From Candidatus Cloacimonadota bacterium (GTDB lineage: Bacteria > Cloacimonadota > Cloacimonadia > Cloacimonadales > Cloacimonadaceae): 64,000 nt of DNA. Of this stretch, positions 50,282-59,876 are shown piece after piece (position 1 is the first letter of the stretch; each line of letters begins with the position of its first letter). Under the pieces are notes generated by a model that worked only from the letters and a program-made list of their open reading frames with translations, was not told the DNA's origin and made no database searches. Position numbers and translations under genes: made by a program. Where the stretch lies: the NCBI GenBank assembly GCA_012522635.1, contig JAAYKA010000016.1, forward strand, positions 1,290 to 65,289, written 5' to 3'.

Positions 50282-52883
50282 TAACCAAATCCGCAGCGCT
50301 TTCATCGATTTTTTCCGCGAGCGAGGACATCAGTTCGTCCCATCCTCACCGGTGATTCCAGAAGACGACCCCACCCTGCTTTTTGCCAACGCGGGGATGA
50401 ACCAATTCAAGAATATCTTTCTGGGCTTGAAAGAGGCGCCGGTTCGCAGAGCGGTCAACAGCCAAAAATGTATCCGGGCGGGTGGAAAACACAACGACCT
50501 GGAAGTGGTTGGCAAAGACGGCTATCACCACACCTTTTTCGAGATGTTGGGAAGCTGGTCTTTTGGTGATTACTACAAAAAAGACGCCATCATCTGGGCC
50601 TGGGAGCTGTTGACGGAGGTCTTTAAACTCCCCAAAGACAAGCTTTTCGCCACTGTCCACGACAGCGACCAGGAAGCTTTTGAATTTTGGCGGGATGATA
50701 CCGATATTGATGAATCCCACATTTTCTATCAGGGAGATGCGGATAATTTTTGGGAAATGGGCGACACCGGCCCCTGCGGACCCTGCAGTGAGATTCATAT
50801 CGACCTGGGCGAGGCGCAATGCGAGCTGGAAGGTGTGGAACGGCACGTTTGCGGCGTGAATGGAGATTGTGGACGCTTTATCGAGCTTTGGAACCTGGTT
50901 TTCATCCAGTATAACCGTGAGGCGGATAAATCCTTGGTTCCGCTGAAGCAAAAATATGTGGATACGGGAGCCGGCTTTGAGAGGCTGGTTCAGGTTTTGC
51001 AAAAGGTTCCCAGCAACTATGAAACCGACCTTTTCATGCCCATCATCAATCGAATCGCGGAATTGAGCGGGGTGGAATATTCGCCCGAAACTGGGGTTTC
51101 CCACCGTGTGATTGCGGACCACGTCCGCTGTCTCTGTTTCGCGCTCGCCGATGGCGGTTTTCCTTCCAATGAAGGCAGAGGCTATGTTTTGCGGCGTATT
51201 CTGCGCCGGGCTTCACGTCATGGACGCCTGCTTGGTTTCGCCGAGCCTTTCATGTTCCATTTGGTGGATTTGGTGAGCTCAATGATGGGGGGACATTTCC
51301 CCGAATTGAAGGGCAGGGAAGCCTATATCCGCATGGTGATCAAGGCGGAGGAGGAGCGCTTCAATAACGCTCTGGACAAGGGTTTGGAACATTTTGACGA
51401 GATTTTACAGCGCCTGGAGGGAGATGTCATTTCCGGAAAAGACGCCTTCAAGCTTTACGACACCTTCGGTTTTCCTCTGGATTTGACCCTGACCATGGCG
51501 GAGGAAAAAGGTTTGAGCGTGGATACCAAAGGCTTTGAAGCGGAAATGGAAGCCCAGCGGGAGAGAGCGAGACAAAGCTCAAAATTCGCCTGGGAGGCTT
51601 CGGATGAAGAATGGACGGAGCTTTCAACCCCAAGCCCCACAAAGTTTTTGGGCTATGAACAGAGCTGCGCTATCGCCAAAATCCAGCGCTATCGGCTTTC
51701 CCCGGACGGACTTTTGCATTTGCAACTGGACCAAAGCCCCTTCTATGCCGAAAGCGGGGGACAGCTTGCCGATACCGGCTGTATCTTCAACGATGACTTT
51801 GAGATGCGGGTCACGCAGGTGAGCAAAAACGATGATTATTTTGTCCATAGCGGTGAACTGGTTCGAGGCGCGGTTTCCGAAAAGCCGGTGACAGCCAAAA
51901 TCGACCTAAAGCGACGCCACGACATCATGCGCAACCATACCGCCACCCACCTTCTGCACAAGGCTTTACGCGATATTTTGGGAGACCACGTCCAGCAAAA
52001 AGGCTCGCTGGTGAGCCCGGATTATCTGCGGTTCGACTTTACCCACATGCGGGCTTTGACCCCGGACGAGATTAGAGAAGTGGAAAAAAAGGTGAACGAA
52101 GCCATCCGGGATGACTTGCCTGTGAGCGCGGTTATCAAAGGAATGGAGGAAGCACGTGAAGCGGGAGCCATCGCCCTGTTTGGAGAAAAATACAGCGAAA
52201 AGGTGAGAGTGGTGAGCGTTGACGATTTTTCCATGGAGCTTTGCGGCGGAACACACGTTGAATCCAGCGGGCGGATTGGCTTTTTCAAGATTAGCTCGGA
52301 AAGCTCGATTGCAGCCGGAATCAGGCGCATTGAAGCCCTCACTGGGCGTGGCGCCGAGGAATTTGTGCAAACCCTGCAAAACCGGATAAAAGGCATGGCT
52401 CAGAATCTACAAGTTCCCGAAAAAGCTTTGGAACAAAAGCTGGAGGGGCTTCAGAACAGGGTTTCGGAATTGGAACAGCATTTGAAAAAACTGGAAGCCG
52501 GGCAAAGTGGTGCGGAAGCGCAGAAGCTTTTGGGACAGATTAAGGATATGGGCGATTTTCGGCTCTTGAGCGCGGTGGTGGAAGCCGACCCTGCCAAATT
52601 GCGTGAACTGGGCGACATTTTGAAAGACAGAGCCAAGGACGCCGTTTCCGTTCTGTTCGTTCGCAATGGAGACAAGGTTTCCATACTCAGCGTGGTGGGA
52701 GCGGGATTGAAAGAAAAATTCCACGCCGGGAACATCGTGAAAACGGTTTCCCAGCTTATGGGTGGCAAAGGTGGCGGCAGAGCGGATTCCGCGATGGGCG
52801 GAGGAAGCAATCCGGAAAAGATTGCGGAGATACGTGAAAAACTCCCGGAAATCATTCGGGAGATATTAAAACAGGCTAAATAG
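50271..52883 (+). CDS. alaS: alanine--tRNA ligase
   Basis: AlaRS N-terminus (L)SSNQIRSAFIDFFRERGHQFVPSSPV, FANAGMNQFK, the HTATHLLH editing motif and a C-terminal DHHA1-like GGKGGGR. The start is taken as GTG 50271, preceded by GGAG; this overlaps trxB by 11 nt. The track ATG at 50190 lies inside trxB. Confidence 0.9.
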   Translation: MLSSNQIRSAFIDFFRERGHQFVPSSPVIPEDDPTLLFANAGMNQFKNIFLGLKEAPVRRAVNSQKCIRAGGKHNDLEVVGKDGYHHTFFEMLGSWSFGDYYKKDAIIWAWELLTEVFKLPKDKLFATVHDSDQEAFEFWRDDTDIDESHIFYQGDADNFWEMGDTGPCGPCSEIHIDLGEAQCELEGVERHVCGVNGDCGRFIELWNLVFIQYNREADKSLVPLKQKYVDTGAGFERLVQVLQKVPSNYETDLFMPIINRIAELSGVEYSPETGVSHRVIADHVRCLCFALADGGFPSNEGRGYVLRRILRRASRHGRLLGFAEPFMFHLVDLVSSMMGGHFPELKGREAYIRMVIKAEEERFNNALDKGLEHFDEILQRLEGDVISGKDAFKLYDTFGFPLDLTLTMAEEKGLSVDTKGFEAEMEAQRERARQSSKFAWEASDEEWTELSTPSPTKFLGYEQSCAIAKIQRYRLSPDGLLHLQLDQSPFYAESGGQLADTGCIFNDDFEMRVTQVSKNDDYFVHSGELVRGAVSEKPVTAKIDLKRRHDIMRNHTATHLLHKALRDILGDHVQQKGSLVSPDYLRFDFTHMRALTPDEIREVEKKVNEAIRDDLPVSAVIKGMEEAREAGAIALFGEKYSEKVRVVSVDDFSMELCGGTHVESSGRIGFFKISSESSIAAGIRRIEALTGRGAEEFVQTLQNRIKGMAQNLQVPEKALEQKLEGLQNRVSELEQHLKKLEAGQSGAEAQKLLGQIKDMGDFRLLSAVVEADPAKLRELGDILKDRAKDAVSVLFVRNGDKVSILSVVGAGLKEKFHAGNIVKTVSQLMGGKGGGRADSAMGGGSNPEKIAEIREKLPEIIREILKQAK

Positions 52884-52916
52884 GAATAGCTTCGGAGGGT
52901 TTAAGGCTGTTGAGGC

Positions 52917-53576
52917 TCACCAGCTCAGGTTCAACATCACCATGGGGGCGTGGTCTTTCATGCCCAGATACACCTGGGCTTGTTTGTCCCGGGCGTTGTA
53001 GCGCAAGACGTCCAAGCCGCTGATGAGGTGGTTCACAATCATCACACCCACGGCAACCTTGCCATAATCACGCATATTTTGAGCCTGAGTGCGGATTTGC
53101 ACGAAGGAGGCACGGTCGTCTTTGCTGTCCCAGTTCCATGAAAGCTCGTCTGGATATATGTTTTCCTCGATGTAAATCTGCTGTTGGTCTGGGTCGTGGG
53201 GAAAGAGGTTAATCGCTTCTTCGCGAATCATGGCATTGTATCCACCGGCTTCAAACCCGCTGCTGTTGTAGCGGCTGAGGTCACGCAAATAGGCGTCGCT
53301 GTGGTCGCCGGGAAGGATGTGGGCAAATTTCAGGGCGTATTCATAGGATTCGCGTTTTTTGAGGGTGGCTTCCTGGTTGAAATAGAACATACCGGAAATG
53401 ATGGCGGTTTCAGCCGCCAACATGGCGTAACCGTGGGTTTTACCATGACGAACCTGGGCAAGACCAGGCAGGACAAGCGATTGAGCCATTTGCAGGGCAG
53501 TACTTTCAGCGACCAGGGTGGTGCCCAAGACAAGCAGCAGCACCAGCGAAACCAAGTGTTTTATCTGGAAAGGCAT
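52917..53576 (-). CDS. signal-peptide protein, third of three tandem DUF5683-like paralogues
   Basis: The start is set at MPFQIKHLVSLVLLLVLG (ATG overlaps the upstream stop by 1 nt). Contains LVLPGLAQV..GK, IVNHLISGLDVLRY and C-terminus ...MLNLSW. Confidence 0.6.
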   Translation of the reverse strand: MPFQIKHLVSLVLLLVLGTTLVAESTALQMAQSLVLPGLAQVRHGKTHGYAMLAAETAIISGMFYFNQEATLKKRESYEYALKFAHILPGDHSDAYLRDLSRYNSSGFEAGGYNAMIREEAINLFPHDPDQQQIYIEENIYPDELSWNWDSKDDRASFVQIRTQAQNMRDYGKVAVGVMIVNHLISGLDVLRYNARDKQAQVYLGMKDHAPMVMLNLSW

Positions 53577-54232
53577 TAAAACTCCAATGTATAGTTCAGC
53601 ATGAGCCCGCCGTTTTCCAAGGGAGAAAAATATACAGGGGTGGGTTTTTGAGAGTCCCTGGAAATGAGGGCGACATCTATCAGGCTGACGAAACGGTTCA
53701 ACAACATCACACCCAAGCTCAGATTTTGATACATTTTGGTGCTTTGAGTGCGATAACGCAAAGAGCGGTAATGCGCCTGATGTTCGGGGCTTTGCCAAGC
53801 CCAGGCTTCATCTTCAGAATAGGTGTTTTCCGCCACATAATCGGCGTAGGCTTGGGGGTCATAACCATATATCAGATAATAGTTTCTGGCGCCCAATATC
53901 TGATTGTTGTTGAAGTCGTCACTGCTAAGATATTGTTGTATATGCTGATAGTATTTGTCCGACATTTCATCCGGAATACCGGCGTATGTTTTTGCGTATT
54001 GTTGGTAGGAGGAGGTGAGGTTGTTGATTTCCCTGCCCGTTGCCAGCCAGGCTGTGAGAGCCACCAGATCTGCGGCAACCATAATTCCGCCCCGGGTGGT
54101 TTTTCCCAAAATGATTTCTCCGCTGCCCGGCATCAAAGCTGACATACTCAGAGGCAGCGCTTTGGATTGCGCGTTTAGCGGGACCGCGAATAAGAGCGAT
54201 AGCAGGATTATGACTAAGAGAGTGTAACGCAT
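53576..54232 (-). CDS. signal-peptide protein, second DUF5683-like paralogue
   Basis: 218 aa. Contains ALMPGSGEIILGK, LLNRFVSLIDVALI and C-terminus ...LNYTLEF. It is immediately adjacent to the upstream stop. Confidence 0.6.
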   Translation of the reverse strand: MRYTLLVIILLSLLFAVPLNAQSKALPLSMSALMPGSGEIILGKTTRGGIMVAADLVALTAWLATGREINNLTSSYQQYAKTYAGIPDEMSDKYYQHIQQYLSSDDFNNNQILGARNYYLIYGYDPQAYADYVAENTYSEDEAWAWQSPEHQAHYRSLRYRTQSTKMYQNLSLGVMLLNRFVSLIDVALISRDSQKPTPVYFSPLENGGLMLNYTLEF

Positions 54233-55246
54233 TTAAAACCTGTAGCTTAGGCCCAAGCTGGGGGTGAGGTGATTGTTGCCGCTCAACCCGGTGTAATATT
54301 GGAATTCAAGCTTGTTTTGAGCCAGGGAACTGCGGTTGACCTGTCGGGTGAGTCTGGCGGCGTCGATTGCTGCCGCGATATGGTTCACGGCAAGTCCCAA
54401 GCCCACATAATTGGCGTAGGCATATTGCTTGTTCGTGTCTCTGCGCATTTGCAGATATTCCTGACGCCACGGGGATGCTGCCAACTCTCCGGGTCCCACA
54501 GCATGGGAGGGGTCGAGGTCTCCACCGCTGTTCAGATAGTAGGCGATGTCATAATTCTTGATCCAGCGATTGTGGTGAATCAATGAAGGCTCGCTGTGAT
54601 GGGGGTTCCAGACCCAGGTGGCATCGCCTGGAATCTGATTCAGATAAAAGCTGCCGGTTCTGGGGTCTGAGGCAAATTGATGATACCAGTCCGCCCAGCC
54701 AAACACGTATTTGTTATATTTTCCAATGTCTTCGTAAAAGTGTTGGGTATTTTCATGATCCAGCCGGAAGAAGGTGCCGTCATAGATATCAAGCGTGCCG
54801 GGATTGATGTTCATCAACACGGTTTGCACAGCATCCTGGTAGGCTCGACTGTAGCGAGGTCCTTCATAGGTGAAACTATATTCTTCCCCATGCACCGTGT
54901 AGTTGAAGGTATGAGTGACGGTTTCCCCGTTGGCGAAATATTCAAACTCATCGGTCATTTTATCGCCCTGAGATTTGAAATATACAATCCCACCGATGAG
55001 GCCAAGCTCGATAACCGGGAAAAGGTAGGCGCTGATGGCGCTTGGTTTGGCATAAAACTGTCCGGCTCCAGGTACCAGGGCTGAAAAAATCATCGCCAGG
55101 CGGGCGTCTTTCTTCTCAAATTTAACACTGATGATGTCTTGAGCAAGCGCGTCATCGGATTCCTGGAAGATGAGGTCGTCGATATTTTGGGCAAAAGCCG
55201 CGCTCAACAGCGCCATACCCAATAAGATTAAAATGGTTTTTTTCAC
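54233..55246 (-). CDS. signal-peptide protein, first and longest DUF5683-like paralogue
   Basis: 337 aa. Contains SALVPGAGQFYAK, AVNHIAAAIDAARL, a large insert between the two conserved helices, and C-terminus ...LGLSYRF. Confidence 0.6.
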   Translation of the reverse strand: MKKTILILLGMALLSAAFAQNIDDLIFQESDDALAQDIISVKFEKKDARLAMIFSALVPGAGQFYAKPSAISAYLFPVIELGLIGGIVYFKSQGDKMTDEFEYFANGETVTHTFNYTVHGEEYSFTYEGPRYSRAYQDAVQTVLMNINPGTLDIYDGTFFRLDHENTQHFYEDIGKYNKYVFGWADWYHQFASDPRTGSFYLNQIPGDATWVWNPHHSEPSLIHHNRWIKNYDIAYYLNSGGDLDPSHAVGPGELAASPWRQEYLQMRRDTNKQYAYANYVGLGLAVNHIAAAIDAARLTRQVNRSSLAQNKLEFQYYTGLSGNNHLTPSLGLSYRF

Positions 55247-55262
55247 TTCAAAGCCCTTTTGG

Positions 55263-58200
55263 TCATTTTTCCACGGCGAATTTTATCCGCTTCATATCCT
55301 CGCCTTTTTGCAAAACCACGATGTAAACACCGGAAGCAAGGCCGCCGCTATCGAGGGATATATCTCTGCGGAGAATTCCGTTGGAGGGAATGTGATGATT
55401 TTGGATCAGCGAACCTTTGATATCGAAGATCCGCAGTTTGATATCTTGATTAAAGTTATCCACGCGCACCCTGAAGCTGTTTTCCCGCACGGGATTGGGG
55501 AACACAAAGGCGGTGAAATCCTGGGTTGGAGAAGGCTCATCATCAGGCAAGCTCGCCCAAAAACTTCCGTCCCCCTGGTTTCTGAATCCATTCCAAAGGA
55601 TGCTAAATTCAAGCACACTTTGAGCTTGAGTGTGAATGAGCGCTTGACCTGATGAATCCACATAGTACCAAACCAAGCTTCTCATTTCGGGTATAACGGA
55701 GGTGGGCAAAAGATCCAGCCTGGGTGCGAGGCCAGAGCTTGACGGAAGTGAGCATTGCCACTGGATACCCTCGCCGGGCTGGAACGCAATATGACCTCCG
55801 TCTGAAAGGGGAAAATACATCCATCTTTGCGAGAGATGAGCTTGGGAAAAAACGTGTTCACCGGGGCTAAACTCCAGTGGGTAAGCATTGTAGGGAAAAT
55901 CCTGAAGGAGGGTACCGTCGTGTCTCATGGCGTAGATTCTGTTTCCCGCACCCCAGAAAACGGCTGGAACAACAGTATCTGAGGTGCCTGGAAGCCGGGT
56001 AATCCCCATTTGAGTGGGTTTCTGTTCCAAAATGTGGCTGAATATCTTTTGCAGCGTTTCATCTTCGTATTTGTAGATATTGCCGCTGTTTGCCATCAGG
56101 AAAAGAATTCTTTGGCTTAGGTCCTGGTTTTGGAGGCAAATCGGTTCGTAATCCCCAAAAGGTTCAGGCAGTTCCATTTCAAATAATACAAGAAGCGTTT
56201 CTGGCTCCAGGATAAAGAGAAGGTCCCGGCTGAGCGCCAGCAATTCGTTGCCAAATCTTGCCAAACCATCAACCCTGCCGATATTCACATATTCCTGCCC
56301 CACGTTATTCGCAACCAGTCCCAAGCCTTCATCGGTGGCAACATAGACTTTATCGTTCCAAAAAAGTGGAGCTGAGGTGATGGTGGAGGGGAAATTGACA
56401 AATCTGCTCTGCAGGGCATCCATGGAAAATTCCACAATTTCCAAGCTGTTATCCCTGGTCACGAGAAGCTCTGTGTAATAGTCTGAATCCTGATACGCAA
56501 CCACCAGAGCTTGGCTGATTTCACCCGCTTCCCAATCGAAGGGACCCATCAAATCCACCCATTGATTTCCTTCATGGCCGAACAGGGTGATACTGTTTTG
56601 ACCGAGAACCGGGATAACCAGATTACTGAAGCTGGAATTCATGGTGGGACCAACCATAATCGCGGGTTCAACGGTTTCGAGCCTTTGGCTTCGTTGGAAA
56701 AATCCCGCCATGGGTGTCACACTTATCAAGGCACCCGGATCGCCGATTTCATCCAGCCAGATGAACGAACCATTACCTTTGTTATCCCGAAGTGGAGGTT
56801 TTGTATCGCTGTTCAGGCGTGGCGTCCATGGCTCCAAGCTCCAGCCATGAAAGAACCCGTTTCCATCCAGAACCGGTTTTTTAGCATTGAAATAGTCATA
56901 TTGAGTTCCGGTCCAAAACCATGAATTCTCGTTTCCGATGTCCGGCAAATTGTCCGCTTCGATGATTTCCACGCCACGTTTGTGATAGAGCGTATTCACC
57001 GAATTATTTTCAAAATTTGAAACAAAGCTGCCATCGGCATCGATATATCCCTGGTTGTAGATTTGGTCTTCATTTATCCGCCAAACCAAAATGCCGCCAC
57101 CCACACTGGAGCCATCATTTTTCTGGAATGAGGGCAAAAGGTAGTCGTATTCATAGGTGGGCAAATCCTGAGGGTCGTTGATGCCTGTTGGATAAAGGAT
57201 TACACGATGGTCTTCACTTGCCTTCACCGCCGTGGCGCCGTCTCCATCGGGGTCAACGCTGCGGTTTTCCACCAAAATATACTCGGTGGGCGAAAGCCGG
57301 AAGCGCAGGATTTGGGGCTGTGTTAAAGAGCCGTTTTGTTTGTGGCTGCTTGCCCCGAGCTGGATTTGAAAAAACAGTAATTCTTCATCCAGATCAATCA
57401 ACAACCCGGCATCCTGTAAATCCCGCCCAAAAACCAATTCCCGAGACCAGGCTCCGGGGAGAGTGGGCAGGCCGCCTTCCAAAAGCACGTAGGAACCGTC
57501 ATCCAATTGATCCATCAAAACCCCGGCGCCGCCGCTGTCCATGATGTCGAACACGCCCACCATTGGCTGCCAATTATATACGTTGTAGAGGTCCTTGAAG
57601 CCCAGGGAGTGGCCAAATTCATGCGCCAACACCGCGTTCAAAGCGCCATATCCGCCATGAAAGACGTAGTCCCCCGAATCCTGGGTATAAAAATCCTGTG
57701 AGATGGTGGAGGGAACGTTACAGGCGTGTTGAATCAGTGTGTTACCGCCATCCACCACGGCTTCTTTGCCTTCTTCCACCCTGATGAAAAATGAGGGAAT
57801 ATCGGAAGGAGTGTCGCCATCGATATCGTGTTGCCAGTCCGAGCCGGCGTGGATAATCATGAAGTGTCCAAAGCTGCCGAAATTGAGTTCCGGGGATTGA
57901 GCGTCCGCGATTTCGAAGGCGTCTTTGAAATACTTTTCCATCCGCGCCACAAACAAACCCGATTCCGCGTTGGGAGGGTTATACCAGCCCATGGTTTCAG
58001 GCAGGGTATATGCTCCTGTGGGAGGCCACACTTCATATTGGAGGTCGTAAGACCCAGCCGAAGCCGCCAAATAATAATAGCGGAGGGCTTCCATGTTTTT
58101 CAGGAAATAATCTCGGTCGTGGGGTGGGCTGCCGATGGTGCTTTTATAGCTGGGATCAGCTTCCAGGAGGAATTTACCATTTCCGGTGGTGTTGGGGTCA

Positions 58201-58481
58201 TCCGTGGTTTCTTCCTGAAAATCCACCAGAATCACCAGCAGACGATCAAAATTGGCGCTTCTGATGGATGGGGGTGTATCTGCAGCTTTTCTAAGCAGAT
58301 GTGTGTGGGGATGACGGCGTGGGGGAGAGGCTTCCCAGTGCTTTTTAAGGTCCAGCTTTTGGGCGCTCAAAACACTCAAAAAAGCAACTAAAAGCAAGCT
58401 GAAAAAAGTCTTCAGTGTCGCCGCTGAGACAAAGCCACCCCATGCCCGAAAGCATGGGGGGCAATTTTTAGTGGAATTCAC
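55263..58481 (-). CDS. M6-family (immune-inhibitor-A-like) zinc metalloprotease with T9SS-type C-terminal domain
   Basis: 1072 aa with LAHEFGHSLGFKDLYN (HExxH plus a downstream D-x-Y) and a C-terminus FVFPNPVRENSFRVRV...LRIFDIKGSLI...LASGVYIVVLQ. Confidence 0.8.
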   Translation of the reverse strand: MNSTKNCPPCFRAWGGFVSAATLKTFFSLLLVAFLSVLSAQKLDLKKHWEASPPRRHPHTHLLRKAADTPPSIRSANFDRLLVILVDFQEETTDDPNTTGNGKFLLEADPSYKSTIGSPPHDRDYFLKNMEALRYYYLAASAGSYDLQYEVWPPTGAYTLPETMGWYNPPNAESGLFVARMEKYFKDAFEIADAQSPELNFGSFGHFMIIHAGSDWQHDIDGDTPSDIPSFFIRVEEGKEAVVDGGNTLIQHACNVPSTISQDFYTQDSGDYVFHGGYGALNAVLAHEFGHSLGFKDLYNVYNWQPMVGVFDIMDSGGAGVLMDQLDDGSYVLLEGGLPTLPGAWSRELVFGRDLQDAGLLIDLDEELLFFQIQLGASSHKQNGSLTQPQILRFRLSPTEYILVENRSVDPDGDGATAVKASEDHRVILYPTGINDPQDLPTYEYDYLLPSFQKNDGSSVGGGILVWRINEDQIYNQGYIDADGSFVSNFENNSVNTLYHKRGVEIIEADNLPDIGNENSWFWTGTQYDYFNAKKPVLDGNGFFHGWSLEPWTPRLNSDTKPPLRDNKGNGSFIWLDEIGDPGALISVTPMAGFFQRSQRLETVEPAIMVGPTMNSSFSNLVIPVLGQNSITLFGHEGNQWVDLMGPFDWEAGEISQALVVAYQDSDYYTELLVTRDNSLEIVEFSMDALQSRFVNFPSTITSAPLFWNDKVYVATDEGLGLVANNVGQEYVNIGRVDGLARFGNELLALSRDLLFILEPETLLVLFEMELPEPFGDYEPICLQNQDLSQRILFLMANSGNIYKYEDETLQKIFSHILEQKPTQMGITRLPGTSDTVVPAVFWGAGNRIYAMRHDGTLLQDFPYNAYPLEFSPGEHVFSQAHLSQRWMYFPLSDGGHIAFQPGEGIQWQCSLPSSSGLAPRLDLLPTSVIPEMRSLVWYYVDSSGQALIHTQAQSVLEFSILWNGFRNQGDGSFWASLPDDEPSPTQDFTAFVFPNPVRENSFRVRVDNFNQDIKLRIFDIKGSLIQNHHIPSNGILRRDISLDSGGLASGVYIVVLQKGEDMKRIKFAVEK

Positions 58482-58504
58482 TTGTATTTATCGGTAGGGT
58501 TTCT

Positions 58505-59524
58505 TTAAAATTCAAAGCCGAGGGAGAAAACTTTGTTGAAATCAACCAGTTCGCCGGCGGGAACCATGCTGAAGTCGGCTGTGAGTTTGTATTTTTTGCT
58601 GAAGGTATATTGGATACCAGCGCCAAAGCTGGGTCCGGTCACGCTGCCGGCGTCATCCAGGAAATATCCGCCTCTCAGGGAGATGAGGTCCAGATAGGTG
58701 TATTCCGCGCCGAAGCCATAGATGGTTTCATCCATGTGTTCCCATCCTGTCACAAAGCGCTTCAAGAGAGGATCTTCATTCGCCAAAACCTTGCTTGCCT
58801 CAGCGGAAACAAGCAGTTTATTCATGGGCATATCCAGAATCTTGTAAGCGGCTCCCAATCTAACTGTCATGGGCAGCGGGTCGGATTGTTCCTGGTCGAT
58901 GTAAGTGATATTGGGTCCAATGTTTTGGATGACAAACGAGAGATTTGTGCCGTGGGTGAGGAAATCCTGATATTTGGCGCCTATATCAAAGGCAAAACCA
59001 AAGGCTTTTCCATCCGGCTCCGTGGGTTGGCCAGGCCCCAGATAGCTGTACATCAGCTTGAAGTTTGCTCCGACGCCCAGATGTTCCGGGATAACGTCAT
59101 AGCTGTATCCGGCGTTTGCGGCGAATTCAAAACTGTGGAAGTTGCCGATTTCGTTGTTGTTTTCATCGGTTTGCAACTGTTCTCCCATGTCCAGGAGCAG
59201 AATGTGGGCGTTGAAATTGCCCAAACCTTTAAAATACTGGTTCCAGCCCAGATATTCATAATACATGTCATTGAAGCCGGAACCTGCCAGCCAGGGAATG
59301 TGGGAGCCGGCAAGCTGGGTTTTACGGTTGAACGCCGTGGCTCCTGGATTCCACCAGGCGGCATAGGCGTCGTCCGCGACAGCAGAGTAGGCGCGTCCCA
59401 TACCATTGGCGCGTCCACCGGGTTCGAAAGTGAGGGAGAGCATCGAAGCTTGTGAGATGGCTCCCAAGGGCAGGGCAAGCGCCACGATCAGCGCAGCCAG
59501 AACCAGCAATTTATACTTATACAT
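58505..59524 (-). CDS. PorV/PorQ-family outer-membrane protein
   Basis: 339 aa with a signal peptide, GGRANGMGRAYSAVADDAYAAWWNPGATAF (PorV/PorQ-like N-terminal motif), a beta-barrel pattern and a terminal ...SLGFEF. A GGAGG SD is present. Confidence 0.7.
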   Translation of the reverse strand: MYKYKLLVLAALIVALALPLGAISQASMLSLTFEPGGRANGMGRAYSAVADDAYAAWWNPGATAFNRKTQLAGSHIPWLAGSGFNDMYYEYLGWNQYFKGLGNFNAHILLLDMGEQLQTDENNNEIGNFHSFEFAANAGYSYDVIPEHLGVGANFKLMYSYLGPGQPTEPDGKAFGFAFDIGAKYQDFLTHGTNLSFVIQNIGPNITYIDQEQSDPLPMTVRLGAAYKILDMPMNKLLVSAEASKVLANEDPLLKRFVTGWEHMDETIYGFGAEYTYLDLISLRGGYFLDDAGSVTGPSFGAGIQYTFSKKYKLTADFSMVPAGELVDFNKVFSLGFEF

Positions 59525-59707
59525 TTTACCTCCACATTAGTGGTCACATTTTTTTATCGGTCCGGGTGAAAAATAACCCGATACCATATATATTAACTAT
59601 GATCCCAGGGGAAACAAACACCCAAAAATCCTCTCAATAACGCCACTGTCACATACGGAACGCAGCTTGTAAAGTAACAACGCGGTTTTCATTCTCCCAA
59701 AATGTTT

Positions 59708-59795
59708 TGGTGCCGAAGGCCGGAATCGAACCGGCACGGACTATAAGTCCGGTGGATTTTGAGTCCACTGCGTCTACCAATTTCACCACTTCGGC
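59708..59795 (-). tRNA. tRNA-Leu (anticodon CAA), CCA encoded
   Basis: Hand fold: acceptor GCCGAAG/CTTCGGC, anticodon stem GTGGA/TCCAC with loop CTCAAAA, variable arm CGGAC..GTCCG, and T arm CCGG-TTCGATT-CCGG. Confidence 0.9.
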
Positions 59796-59876
59796 ACATT
59801 TAGTACCTTTTTTCACGCTCTTGAATACTTGTCAAGCAGAATGTGAACATTTTTGCCAAGCCATAATCAATACGGC

